Below, one piece after another: positions 28,015 through 37,888 of a stretch of DNA of 64,000 nt. The translations under genes and the position numbers were made by a program. This DNA is from an uncultured Candidatus Saccharibacteria bacterium. GTDB lineage: Bacteria; Patescibacteriota; Doudnabacteria; UBA920. The stretch covers positions 67,120 to 131,119 of the forward strand of contig CAZTXY010000001.1 of assembly GCA_964617815.1 (NCBI GenBank), written 5' to 3'. Below the pieces are notes generated by a model. That model searched no databases and was not told the origin of the DNA. It saw nothing but the letters and a program-made list of their open reading frames with translations. Each line of letters begins with the position of its first letter. The first letter of the stretch is position 1.

Positions 28015-28032
28015 TAACCTTGGCGCGAAAAA

Positions 28033-28494
28033 CTACATAAATTTTTTAATGGTATCCAAGCGAAATCCTCGCGCTTGCAGACGTTGCCCCAGTTTTTGTT
28101 TCTCTAACCCTTTCCCAATTTTCTCAACCAACCGCTTGGCTACGACCAACTCATCTTCTAAACTAAAAAAATCTGACAAAGCCCGTTCAATCAAAACACT
28201 CGCCAGCCTACGCTCTAGTAATTTTTTTTTCAACATATAAAACCCATAGCTTTTATATTTTTTACAATTATCGACAAAAATTTCCGCATACCGAATGTCA
28301 TCAATCAAGCGTTCCTCAGTTAACTGAGAAATGACCTCATCAATAACTTTTTGGTTATAACCCCGTTCTTGCATTTTATGACGAATCTCCCCTTCAGTTC
28401 GTAATTTTATATTTAACAAAAACAAAGCATAGTTATGCCCATGCGAAGTTGAGTCAGGCTCTCTGAGTGGCGATGATTTTTTCTTAAAATACAT
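28033..28494 (-). CDS. recX: RecX-like regulatory protein
   Basis: 153 aa with repeated helical motifs. The RYAEIF and GFYMLKKKL segments resemble RecX. Confidence 0.55.
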   Translation of the reverse strand: MYFKKKSSPLREPDSTSHGHNYALFLLNIKLRTEGEIRHKMQERGYNQKVIDEVISQLTEERLIDDIRYAEIFVDNCKKYKSYGFYMLKKKLLERRLASVLIERALSDFFSLEDELVVAKRLVEKIGKGLEKQKLGQRLQARGFRLDTIKKFM

Positions 28495-28584
28495 ATTATT
28501 TATAGTATAAATGTGTTAGTATATAGTTAGCAAACAAAAGGTTTTTTGAAAATTATTTGAGCTTTGTTTTCAAAATTATACGGG

Positions 28585-28613
28585 TTGACAATTAGCACTC
28601 TAACCATTAGACT
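28585..28613 (+). promoter_or_regulatory. clpC promoter TTGACA-17-TAGACT
   Basis: -35 at 28585-28590 and -10 at 28608-28613. Confidence 0.55.
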
Positions 28614-28618
28614 GCTAA
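28592..28618 (+). promoter_or_regulatory. CIRCE-like inverted repeat (candidate HrcA operator)
   Basis: TTAGCACTC-N9-GACTGCTAA, against the CIRCE consensus TTAGCACTC-N9-GAGTGCTAA. One mismatch. Confidence 0.55.
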
Positions 28619-28650
28619 TATAGTTCCTGCATTAATTCCCTTTAATTCAC

Positions 28651-31185
28651 ATGGCCAATTTTGCTTTTATTTTAGAACGACTTTCTAGTCGCGCAAAGAA
28701 CGCGCTTATTGCAGCGCAACTTCTGAGCGAAGAACTCGGTCACGACCATATCGGCACCGAGCATCTTTTGTATGGCATTGTCGCTGAGCGAAGTTCGTTT
28801 GCTGCTGAAATTTTAACTAAAGCTCAACTCTCTGCCGATATTCTCAAAGAAGAATGTAACCAAGTTAATAAAAATAATATAATTCCAAGCTGGAAACCAA
28901 TTCTCTCTGAGAATTTAAAAGCTGCGATTGAACGCTCGGCTATTATCGCCAGCCAATACAACTATCAATTCATTGGCACTGAGCATTTTTTGTACGGCTT
29001 AGTTAATGTGCCAACTAACAAAGCTAAAGTAATTCTCTCTAAACTTGGTATCGACATTACTGAACTTGAAAATAATCTGATTAGTGTTTTTGAAAATATT
29101 TCTAAATTCCCAGAGGTCCCGAGCCACGAAGGAGCTAATGGCGAGCGTCCAATGAGCATGCCTTTTGAAGGCAAAAAAAATAGCACGCTCGAATATTTTA
29201 CCACCGACCTCACAAAAAAAGCGCTAGATGGTTTAGTAGACCCTGTCATTGGTCGCAAGCCAGAAATTGAACGACTAGTTAGCATCCTTGGCCGTCGTAC
29301 CAAAAATAATCCTGTCCTTATTGGTGAAGCTGGAGTTGGTAAAACCGCTATCGTCGAAGGCTTAGCTTTAGCCATCTCTAAACGCGAAGTTCCAGATACA
29401 CTGCTCGACAAGCGCATTTTAAGTTTAGACCTTGCTCTAATTGTGGCAGGTTCAATGTTCCGCGGAGAATTTGAAAATCGCCTCAAGCAAATTATCGACG
29501 AAGTTAGACAGTCCCCCAACACCATCCTCTTCATCGACGAGCTCCACACAATGGTTGGCGCAGGTGCCACTACTGGAAGCTTGGATGCTGCCAATATCTT
29601 GAAGCCGGCACTCGCGCGCGGTGAACTCCATGCAATTGGCGCAACCACTTTGGCAGAATATAAAAAACATATTGAGCACGACGCTGCACTCGAGCGCCGC
29701 TTTCAACCAATCCTAGTTGAAGAGCCATCTCCTGCCGAAGCTGTTGCCATTCTCAAAGGGCTCAGGCCAAATTACGAAAAGCATCATTCTATTAAAATTA
29801 CAGATGAAGCGATTTTTGCAGCAGTTGAACTCTCCGACCGCTACATTCAAGACCACTTCTTGCCAGACAAGGCTGTCGACTTAATTGACGAAACAGCCGC
29901 ATTCTTGCGCTCTATTTCGAGTAATTCCAAAGTTTTAAAACTTAAGAAAAAATTGGAAAATGATCTGTTAGCTTTGGAAGAAGAAAAAACCAAAGCCGTG
30001 CTTGACCAAGACTTCACCACCGCCCTTCATTTACGAACGCAAGAAGAAAAACTCATCAAGCAAAAACAAGAAGTCGAAAGCTCAATGAGACAAGAAACTG
30101 GTGGCCCTGTAAAGTCCATTTCGGCAGAAGACATTGCCCACACTGTCTCTATCATGACAAAAATTCCACTGACCAAACTTGCCGGCAATGAAATTGGCAA
30201 ACTGGTTAATTTGGAAAAAACTTTAAAAGTGCGGATTGTCGGACAAGACGAGGCTGTCACAGAAATTGCTAAAACCATTCGTCGCTCACGCGCTGGTATT
30301 ACCGATCCTGCCCGCCCAATTGGCTCATTTATTTTTCTTGGACCAACTGGGGTTGGAAAAACTGAAACAGCAAAAGTTATTGCCAAAGAAGTTTTTTCGG
30401 ACTCTGAAGCGCTTATTCGAGTCGACATGTCTGAGTTTATGGAACGACATAACGTCGCTCGTCTTGTGGGCGCACCAGCTGGCTACATTGGTTACGAAGA
30501 AGGCGGAAGATTGACCGAAGCTGTACGCAGAAAACCTTATGCCGTGGTGCTGTTCGATGAAATTGAAAAAGCACACCCAGACGTATTTAATATTCTCTTA
30601 CAAATTTTAGAAGATGGCCAACTCACCGACGCTTCTGGAAAAAAAGTAAATTTTAGAAACACCGTCATTATTATGACTTCGAACTTAGGAATGCAGGAAC
30701 TCACTCAGCAAGCTGCCAAAATTGGTTTTGCCGACAAAGATGACAAAGCAACTAAAAAACATCAACTTGAATTAGAATACGAAAAAATTAAAGGCTCTGT
30801 TATTGAAACCTTAAAACAAACCTTCCGACCAGAACTTTTAAACCGCATTGATAAAACGATTGTCTACAAGCCTCTCGGTTTTGAACAACTCAAAAAAATT
30901 ACCGCTCTCCAGATTAGTGACTTACAAACCAGACTCGCCAAACAACACGTGGCTTTAAAGACCAGTCCAGCGGTAGTGAAGTTTATTTCGGAAAAAAGTT
31001 TTGATCCAGCGCAGGGTGCTCGTTTTATTCGCAAAAATATTCAGGACTTGCTAGAAGACCCGTTAGCTGAAAAAATCATCTCTGACCATAAACTCGCAGG
31101 TAGCTTAATTACTGCCGACATCAAAAAAGACGCGATTACTTTTCAAGTCCAGCGCAAAAAAGAAAGAGCCTTAGCCGCGGCCTAA
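28651..31185 (+). CDS. clpC: ATP-dependent Clp protease ATP-binding subunit ClpC-like (two AAA+ modules, Clp_N repeats)
   Basis: Clp N-repeats, GEAGVGKTAI, a short middle domain, GPTGVGKTE, and a C-terminal ClpB_D2-small domain. Confidence 0.9.
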   Translation: MANFAFILERLSSRAKNALIAAQLLSEELGHDHIGTEHLLYGIVAERSSFAAEILTKAQLSADILKEECNQVNKNNIIPSWKPILSENLKAAIERSAIIASQYNYQFIGTEHFLYGLVNVPTNKAKVILSKLGIDITELENNLISVFENISKFPEVPSHEGANGERPMSMPFEGKKNSTLEYFTTDLTKKALDGLVDPVIGRKPEIERLVSILGRRTKNNPVLIGEAGVGKTAIVEGLALAISKREVPDTLLDKRILSLDLALIVAGSMFRGEFENRLKQIIDEVRQSPNTILFIDELHTMVGAGATTGSLDAANILKPALARGELHAIGATTLAEYKKHIEHDAALERRFQPILVEEPSPAEAVAILKGLRPNYEKHHSIKITDEAIFAAVELSDRYIQDHFLPDKAVDLIDETAAFLRSISSNSKVLKLKKKLENDLLALEEEKTKAVLDQDFTTALHLRTQEEKLIKQKQEVESSMRQETGGPVKSISAEDIAHTVSIMTKIPLTKLAGNEIGKLVNLEKTLKVRIVGQDEAVTEIAKTIRRSRAGITDPARPIGSFIFLGPTGVGKTETAKVIAKEVFSDSEALIRVDMSEFMERHNVARLVGAPAGYIGYEEGGRLTEAVRRKPYAVVLFDEIEKAHPDVFNILLQILEDGQLTDASGKKVNFRNTVIIMTSNLGMQELTQQAAKIGFADKDDKATKKHQLELEYEKIKGSVIETLKQTFRPELLNRIDKTIVYKPLGFEQLKKITALQISDLQTRLAKQHVALKTSPAVVKFISEKSFDPAQGARFIRKNIQDLLEDPLAEKIISDHKLAGSLITADIKKDAITFQVQRKKERALAAA

Positions 31186-31201
31186 TCTTAATTCCTCATA
31201 A

Positions 31202-31243
31202 ACACACTCCAATACTACCTTTGTATTGGAGTGTGTTTTATAT
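31202..31243 (+). terminator. Rho-independent terminator after clpC
   Basis: 13-bp stem acacactccaata/tattggagtgtgt followed by tttatat. Confidence 0.75.
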
Positions 31244-31286
31244 GATACCACCCTGAGCCGGCCTACTTTCAGGCAAGCCATCCTAA

Positions 31287-31360
31287 CTGTCATCCCGAGC
31301 TTGTCGAGGGATCTCTGAGCCATGATTAAGATCCTTCACTTCGGTCAGGATCACAGTGAC
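31287..31360. repeat. MITE-like palindromic element (copy 2)
   Basis: Reads ctgtcatcccgagcttgtcgagggatctc ... gatccttcacttcggtcaggatcacag. Confidence 0.65.
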
Positions 31361-31444
31361 GTAAGATACACTTGCTATAAATAGGTTCTTTCGACAACTT
31401 TTTTCTTTAGGAATATTTTATCTGCAACCTGCTAGAATGCGTTT

Positions 31445-32140
31445 ATGCTTTCTACTATTTGGAAATTCATTCTAGAGACTATTGCACCAGTTACCTGTGT
31501 AAGCTGTGGAAAACACGGCCAACACCTCTGCTTTATTTGCCAGTCAAATTTACCAATAGCCAAACAGTTTTGCATTGTCTGTGGCAAAATTAGCTTGCTT
31601 GGCATTACCCATAATAAATGCAAGATCAAAAAAGATCCATACGGAGTTCTAGCTATTTTTGAATACAAAAATCCTAGCATTACTAAGCTAATTATTCGTG
31701 GAAAATATTACTTCATTCCCGACTGCTACTTCACTTTAGGAAGTGCGCTGTGTGAATACTTAAAACAACAGCATCTAGAAATATACTTTAAAAATTATAT
31801 TTTATGTCCCATCCCGTTAAGTAACGCAAGAGAACGTTGGCGCGGATTTAACCAATCCCAAATTATTGCTCAAGTTATAGCTAATAAATTAAATTTACAG
31901 ATGGAGCCAGCCTTAGTACGAACACGTTGGACTAAAACGCAAAAAAATCTAAAACAAGCGGCTCGGCAGAAAAATGTTACAGGGTGTTTTGGCCTAAATA
32001 ATCATATCTCTGTTTCTGGAAAATCAATTCTATTAATTGATGACGTGGTTACAACTGGTGCCACACTTCGCGAAGCTACTCTCACTCTCAAACTAGCGGG
32101 CGCCAAAAACGTATGGTGCCTTGCAGTCGCCCGCGACTAA
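31445..32140 (+). CDS. comF: ComF family phosphoribosyltransferase (competence protein F-like)
   Basis: N-terminal Cys4 zinc ribbon and a C-terminal PRTase motif LLIDDVVTTGATL. Confidence 0.8.
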   Translation: MLSTIWKFILETIAPVTCVSCGKHGQHLCFICQSNLPIAKQFCIVCGKISLLGITHNKCKIKKDPYGVLAIFEYKNPSITKLIIRGKYYFIPDCYFTLGSALCEYLKQQHLEIYFKNYILCPIPLSNARERWRGFNQSQIIAQVIANKLNLQMEPALVRTRWTKTQKNLKQAARQKNVTGCFGLNNHISVSGKSILLIDDVVTTGATLREATLTLKLAGAKNVWCLAVARD

Positions 32141-32191
32141 CATTGACCAAATACATTTATTTCACTATAATTACTGAGCAATTTCAAGTTT

Positions 32192-32253
32192 GGAGAGGTC
32201 GCATAGTGGGCAGTAGCAGCGGTTTGCTAAACCGCTGTACGATTGTAAAGCTG
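32192..32253 (+). pseudogene. truncated copy of the tRNA-Ser(GCU) 5' half
   Basis: ggagaggtcgcatagtgggcagtagcagcggtttgctaaaccgctgtacgattgtaaagctg matches the first ~60 nt of the intact gene 13 nt downstream at about 85% identity. Confidence 0.7.
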
Positions 32254-32266
32254 AATATGTTAATTT

Positions 32267-32360
<94 letters not shown>

Positions 32361-32370
32361 GAGAATTTAT

Positions 32371-32392
32371 CCGCCTAAAGGCGGTTTTTTTA
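32371..32392 (+). terminator. Rho-independent terminator after tRNA-Ser(GCU)
   Basis: ccgcctaaaggcgg followed by ttttttt. Confidence 0.8.
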
Positions 32393-32582
32393 ATGTTATG
32401 CAAAATTTTCTAGCCCCATTTACTTGTTACTTTAAAAACATGGTAAATCAATGCTTCTTAGTATACCTAGGCCTCTATTTTTGATACAATTACAGAGTAG
32501 TATTCTTTTGTGGCCACTTTCAGTGGTCATAATTTTGGATTTTACTTTTTTTGTGTTCTAATATAAATAATTTTTGTAACAA

Positions 32583-33176
32583 ATGGCCTTGTCCCCCGTC
32601 TTTACTAGTAGCGAATCTAACTTTGAAACTTTGCCAGAAAAGATTGTGGCGCTGTTAGATAAGGCTTGCCGTGGTGACGAAGGCGCATTTAGCCAACTCT
32701 ATCAAGCCTATTTTGAAAAAATTTATAAATTTCTCTACTACAGAGTCAACCATAAAGAGACAGCGGAAGACCTGACTGAAGATGTTTTTATAAAGGCATA
32801 TCAAAATATAACAAATTTACAGAATGTAAATTTGTTTGAAGGCTGGCTATTCCAAATTGCTCGTAACCGGCTCATTGACCATTACCGAAGCAAAAAACAA
32901 ACTGTTGACCTAGATGAAGTTATTGAAATTCTGGAATACGAAGATGCCACGGTTGATGTCCTAGACCTAGAAAGTAAACAAAAAATTCTACTTGAACTTC
33001 TCAAAGAATTAACCACAGAGCAAAGACAAGTAATCCGCCTTAAATTTTTTGAAGACTTGTCCAATTCAGAAATCGCCAGTTTAATTAACAAAACAGAAGT
33101 TGCGGTGAGAGTTATCCAACACCGTGCAATGACTAGACTTAAAGAATTAATTTCAAATTTAACAAACAAGCAATGA
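32583..33176 (+). CDS. ECF-type sigma-70 family RNA polymerase sigma factor
   Basis: Sigma70 region 2 (EDLTEDVFIKAY) and a region 4 HTH (LSNSEIASLINKTEVAVRV). Confidence 0.85.
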   Translation: MALSPVFTSSESNFETLPEKIVALLDKACRGDEGAFSQLYQAYFEKIYKFLYYRVNHKETAEDLTEDVFIKAYQNITNLQNVNLFEGWLFQIARNRLIDHYRSKKQTVDLDEVIEILEYEDATVDVLDLESKQKILLELLKELTTEQRQVIRLKFFEDLSNSEIASLINKTEVAVRVIQHRAMTRLKELISNLTNKQ

Positions 33177-34261
33177 AAGAGTTCTCGGGCGAAAATATTT
33201 TTAACGAAGCGTTACTTGCACTCAAAAAGGGTGAAAGTATTGCTGATATTACCTCAAAATACCCAGAAGAATATGCTGAGGATCTTTTGGTATTCATGTC
33301 TATCAGTGCTGACTTATTCGCCATTCCCAAAATTTCTATCCCCTCTCCTACCAAGCGCTTCTCTTACCTAAAGCTGAGTAATAACTCAAAGCCTGCTTGG
33401 TATAAACTTACTTGGGTCAAAGTTGCGCTAATGCCACTGTCTGCACTCTTAGTTCTTGGAAGTACAATATATGCCGGGACCTTAAGCAGCCCAGGAGACA
33501 ACTTATTTGTAGTTAAGAAAACTACCGAATCTATTCAACTGGCTTTAATTAAAAACCCAGAAAAAGAATTGCGAACTAAGTTAGCCATTACCCAAGACAG
33601 ACTGCAAGAAGCAGAAACTGCAGTTTTAACTCGCGACCCCAACACTGCTGCAGTTCTTAACGAATTGTCCATTCAAACTCAAAGTACTATAGAGGCCGTT
33701 AAAAAAGTTGCGCAAGCTGACAGCAGTCTCAAAAGCGACCCTTCAGTTATCACATCTTTAAAAGATATAGCTAAAAAACAAAAAGAACTGCTCAGCAGTA
33801 TTTCAAATAGTAATAATGATGAGGCTACTTCTGCAATTACAGAAGCAAGAAAAATGCTTGTTGCAGTAAACGACCAAACCTTAACCACCCTAGATGAAGA
33901 AAGTGACGTGGTTACCATAACTGGTTTTGTGACAACATTAGAAAAAACTTTTCTGTTAGTCGACAAGCAAACTCTTAGCATCGACAGTCGAACTAAAGTA
34001 ATTAAAGATAACGATGTAGTTTCTCTATCATCTTTATCCGTAAAATCTAAAGTCACAGTCGAAGGGCTAAAGGCTCAAGATGGATCCATAACTGCGAAGC
34101 TTGTCACCATTGTAGAAACAAAAGTTAAAGAAACAGTAAAAGGCGTCTCTACAAAGAAACCGGCAACAGAAGCCCCAGAGATTGTGACACCAGAAATAGA
34201 CCCAAACACAGCTACTGGCTCTTACATTATAGAAACACCAGAACCATTATATACACCGTAA
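33173..34261 (+). CDS. membrane protein co-transcribed with the ECF sigma factor (candidate anti-sigma factor)
   Basis: It overlaps the sigma gene by 4 nt. It has an N-terminal cytoplasmic segment, one TM helix, and a long extracytoplasmic S/T-rich domain. Confidence 0.45.
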   Translation: MKEFSGENIFNEALLALKKGESIADITSKYPEEYAEDLLVFMSISADLFAIPKISIPSPTKRFSYLKLSNNSKPAWYKLTWVKVALMPLSALLVLGSTIYAGTLSSPGDNLFVVKKTTESIQLALIKNPEKELRTKLAITQDRLQEAETAVLTRDPNTAAVLNELSIQTQSTIEAVKKVAQADSSLKSDPSVITSLKDIAKKQKELLSSISNSNNDEATSAITEARKMLVAVNDQTLTTLDEESDVVTITGFVTTLEKTFLLVDKQTLSIDSRTKVIKDNDVVSLSSLSVKSKVTVEGLKAQDGSITAKLVTIVETKVKETVKGVSTKKPATEAPEIVTPEIDPNTATGSYIIETPEPLYTP

Positions 34262-34349
34262 TCGGCGCATGTCAGACCGGGATTAGTGCAGGAAGGATCC
34301 TGCCTTGAACTCGGTTTGACAAAGTGTCTAGCCGATTTTTAACAAAAAA

Positions 34350-34383
34350 ACGACCCAAGTCTAGAGCGCGGGTCGTTTTTGTA
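34350..34383 (+). terminator. Rho-independent terminator after the sigma/anti-sigma operon
   Basis: Stem acgaccc/gggtcgt followed by ttttt. Confidence 0.65.
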
Positions 34384-34531
34384 TTGCCTCTAAAAATGCT
34401 ATACTAAGATAGTATTTGTGCGCCAAATAATAGTATTTATTCTATATTCTTTAGGAAGTGAGCGACAACTCTGTTGACGCGAACGAGGAGTGGGCAGTCC
34501 GCCGTTGGCGGATGATCCACGACCAAATAAT

Positions 34532-34620
<89 letters not shown>

Positions 34621-34819
34621 GTGGCATGAAAGACATCTGTAAGATGGCTGCCAGGCCACTGGTTTTGATAGGTGGGATGAGAAGAATCCTGACATCAATA
34701 ATAAAAGCTTCCGAAGGAAGCGAATAGATAGGAAATACATAGCGAAGCGGATGTCCGCCATGGAAATGTTGAGATACAAAGCATGTCGACAATTCCATGC
34801 CATTAAAAAAAAATAAATT

Positions 34820-35215
34820 ATGTCTACTTACTCATGGTATGAACAACTTATTAAACCCTCATGGGCGCCACCTTCTTGGCTGTTTGGCCCAGTTTGGTCA
34901 GTTCTCTATTTAATCATCGCCATTACCTTTACTTATGCAGGAACTCTTTATTGGAACAAGAAAATTCCATTTATTGTCTTACTCCCCTTTCTGCTAAATT
35001 TAGTATTTAATTTCATTTTTACTCCAATCCAATTTGGTTTAAAAAATAACTTTTTGGCTTCAATAGATATTCTCTTGGTTTTAACTACCATTATTTGGTT
35101 TATGTGGGCAATTTGGCCTTATGCAAGGACTATTGCATATGCGAACATCCCTTACTTACTATGGGTTTTATTTGCAAGCGTGTTACAATTAACTATAACA
35201 ATCAAAAACTGGTAA
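34820..35215 (+). CDS. tspO: TspO/MBR family tryptophan-rich sensory protein
   Basis: LIKPSWAPPSWLFGPVWSVLY with a Trp-rich polytopic fold. Confidence 0.75.
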   Translation: MSTYSWYEQLIKPSWAPPSWLFGPVWSVLYLIIAITFTYAGTLYWNKKIPFIVLLPFLLNLVFNFIFTPIQFGLKNNFLASIDILLVLTTIIWFMWAIWPYARTIAYANIPYLLWVLFASVLQLTITIKNW

Positions 35216-35216
35216 T

Positions 35217-35684
35217 ATGCCAAACGAAAATAATATTTCTTGGGAAGCACCTGAGTTTAAAGACTATCAAAAAAATCCAGCCTGGTACGCCACACTAATA
35301 ATTATCGCAGGCCTTATTGTGGCCTACGAAATTTTTCAACAAGATTGGTTTGGTGCAGTTAGTATCGCCATAATTGCAGGCTTTATTTTTGGGTTTGCTA
35401 GACAAAAACCAAACATTATACCAATTGTAATAGACAGCAAAGGAATCTCAGTTAATAACGTGGAGGTCCCTTACACCACCATGAAGCATTTTTGGATTGT
35501 CGAAGACGCCAATCATCGCACCCTTAATATTGAAACCAACGCTTACATTAACCGAACAGTGATTGTTGAGCTAGAAAACCAAGATCGCGAATTAATTAGA
35601 GAAATATTAAAAACTAAAGTCTCGGAGCATGAAAGTGCCGAGCCAACCTTTGCCCAAAAAATTATGCATCGAATTGGATTTTAA
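35217..35684 (+). CDS. hypothetical membrane protein
   Basis: 155 aa with two TM helices. Unknown function. Confidence 0.45.
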   Translation: MPNENNISWEAPEFKDYQKNPAWYATLIIIAGLIVAYEIFQQDWFGAVSIAIIAGFIFGFARQKPNIIPIVIDSKGISVNNVEVPYTTMKHFWIVEDANHRTLNIETNAYINRTVIVELENQDRELIREILKTKVSEHESAEPTFAQKIMHRIGF

Positions 35685-35705
35685 TTCCTCCCTACCGATA
35701 ATTTT

Positions 35706-37790
35706 ATGCCTGACCTAAAAGATCAAGTCAGCTCCATCCCGCGCATTCGCAAGTCCACGGTTGCTTCCTTAACCAAATTAGGAATTACCACAATAGAGGA
35801 CCTGCTTTTTTATTATCCTTACAAATATATAGACTTTAGTAAACTTAGTTTGATTAAAGATATCCGCGATGGTCAAACTGTGACCATTAAAGCAACTCTT
35901 AAAAGCATAAACAACCGTTTTTCATTTCGTAGTCGCCTCTCAGTCTGCGAGGCTCTAGTCACAGACGCCACAGGTTCAATTAAAGTCATTTGGTTTAACC
36001 AACCGTACATAAAAAATTACTTGCTTGAGGGAACTGAAGTTCTGCTATCTGGCAAAGCGAGTTTTTACAAAACTTTGCAACTCCAAAATCCAGTTTATGA
36101 GAAAGCCGAAGGCGAGACCATTCACACTGGTCGTATTGTCCCGGTTTACCACCAAACACAAAACCTTCCCAACCGTACTATCCGGCGGTTTATTTGGCAC
36201 GCAATTCCAAGCCTCAGCGAAGTAATAGACCCACTCCCATTGCCAATTCAAAAAACCCATAAATTACTAACCCTATCAGAAGCTCTAAGACAAGTTCATT
36301 TTCCAGATACACCACAAAAACTAGAGCAAGCTAAAGCTCGCATTACTTTTGATGAAGCCTTTGTTCAACAATTAGCTGTGGCAAAACACAAACAAACTCT
36401 GAGACAGCTTCCAGCGCCTGCCATTCCCGTAAACGTCCCCCTAATTAAAAAAGCGCTCCAAACTCTACCTTTTCAATTGACCAACGGACAAAAAAAAGCC
36501 CTGTGGCAAATTGTCCAAGACATGGAGTTCAAGCACCCTATGCATAGGCTTCTTGAAGGTGACGTGGGTAGCGGCAAAACTTTAGTCGCCCTCATTGCAG
36601 GTCTTGTGTGTATGAATGAAAATTTTCAAGCTATCCTTTTGGCCCCAACAGAAATTCTAGCCAAACAACACTACGACAGTCTTCGAGAATTCTTAACACA
36701 GTTACCAAAACCATACAACAACATTCAAACTGGACTGCTAACCAATCAATATCGCTTAGTTGATAATATCAGCACAACCAAACCTTTACTTAATAAAAAA
36801 ATACAAACTGGCAAGATAGAGTTTTTAGTCGCTACCCATGCTATTTTTTACTCAACACTTAAATTTTACAACTTAGGGCTTGTTATTATTGACGAGCAAC
36901 ATCGTTTTGGCGTACAACAACGCGCTGAACTGGCAAAACCTTTTCAAAGTCATAAACAAAAAAAACTTCAAGCCCCCCATTTACTGTCTATGACAGCAAC
37001 TCCTATTCCAAGAACCTTAGCACTCACTGCCTTTGGTGATCTTGATATTTCTATCCTTGACGAATTACCCCGTGGTAGAAAACCAATTACCACCACAATA
37101 GTTAAAAATGACCAGCGCACTCAAACTTACGAGTTAATTAAGGCGCAACTAAAACTTGGCCGCCAAGCCTTTATTATTGCTCCCAGAGTTGAAGAAGATT
37201 CACAAAGCATCAAAGCTTCGGTCAAGCAAATGTTTGATGAGATGAGCAAAATTTTTACAGGCCATAAACTTGGCCTGCTATATGGCAACATGAAAGGCGC
37301 TGACAAAGAAGCAGTTATGACTAGCTTTAACGCAGGAGAAATTAACATATTAGTGGCAACTTCGGTTATTGAAATTGGCATAGACGTTCCCAATGCCACA
37401 GTTATGGTTATTGAAGGAGCAGAAAATTTTGGTCTTGCCCAACTACATCAACTTCGCGGCCGTGTTGGCCGAAGCCAGCACCAATCTTACTGCTTTCTAT
37501 TTAGCTCAAATAACGAACCAGAAAATAACCAGCGCCTACAATTTTTTGCCACTACCACTGACGGTTTTGCATTGGCCGAATTTGACCTCAAAAATAGAGG
37601 GATGGGGAGCCTTTTTGGCGAACAACAAACTGGCTTTGCTTTTAAATTCTCCCAGTACTTAACCGTAGAAACTCTAAAAATGGCCAAGCTATCGGCCACA
37701 GAAGTGTTGAAGGATGATCCAGAACTAGCTAACTATCCAGCCCTTCAAACCCTAATAGAACCTTATTTAAATAAAATCCATCTGGAATAA
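35706..37790 (+). CDS. recG: ATP-dependent DNA helicase RecG
   Basis: Wedge domain, DExH helicase motifs GDVGSGKT and DEQHRFG, and QLRGRVGR. Confidence 0.95.
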   Translation: MPDLKDQVSSIPRIRKSTVASLTKLGITTIEDLLFYYPYKYIDFSKLSLIKDIRDGQTVTIKATLKSINNRFSFRSRLSVCEALVTDATGSIKVIWFNQPYIKNYLLEGTEVLLSGKASFYKTLQLQNPVYEKAEGETIHTGRIVPVYHQTQNLPNRTIRRFIWHAIPSLSEVIDPLPLPIQKTHKLLTLSEALRQVHFPDTPQKLEQAKARITFDEAFVQQLAVAKHKQTLRQLPAPAIPVNVPLIKKALQTLPFQLTNGQKKALWQIVQDMEFKHPMHRLLEGDVGSGKTLVALIAGLVCMNENFQAILLAPTEILAKQHYDSLREFLTQLPKPYNNIQTGLLTNQYRLVDNISTTKPLLNKKIQTGKIEFLVATHAIFYSTLKFYNLGLVIIDEQHRFGVQQRAELAKPFQSHKQKKLQAPHLLSMTATPIPRTLALTAFGDLDISILDELPRGRKPITTTIVKNDQRTQTYELIKAQLKLGRQAFIIAPRVEEDSQSIKASVKQMFDEMSKIFTGHKLGLLYGNMKGADKEAVMTSFNAGEINILVATSVIEIGIDVPNATVMVIEGAENFGLAQLHQLRGRVGRSQHQSYCFLFSSNNEPENNQRLQFFATTTDGFALAEFDLKNRGMGSLFGEQQTGFAFKFSQYLTVETLKMAKLSATEVLKDDPELANYPALQTLIEPYLNKIHLE

Positions 37791-37888
37791 AAAACCCTTG
37801 ACGGTACGGCCTAACTGTGCAAAAATGGGAGTTAGTTACGGACGAAAAGTGATGCCTCCAAAAATCGCCACAACAGGAGAATATTCCG

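Noticed and set aside
22300-28020. Possibility that the high-GC segments are contaminant or chimeric contig joins rather than genuine islands
   Set aside because: Not fully rejected. The segments are bracketed on both sides by low-GC genes in normal operon context (gatC ... lemA-htpX ... recX). They use the same style of TTGACT-17-TATACT promoters and GC-stem terminators. Genuine insertion is more likely, but it needs read-level confirmation.
28965-29706. 227-aa and 84-aa minus-strand ORFs inside clpC
   Set aside because: They are antisense to the AAA+ domain of clpC with no supporting signals.
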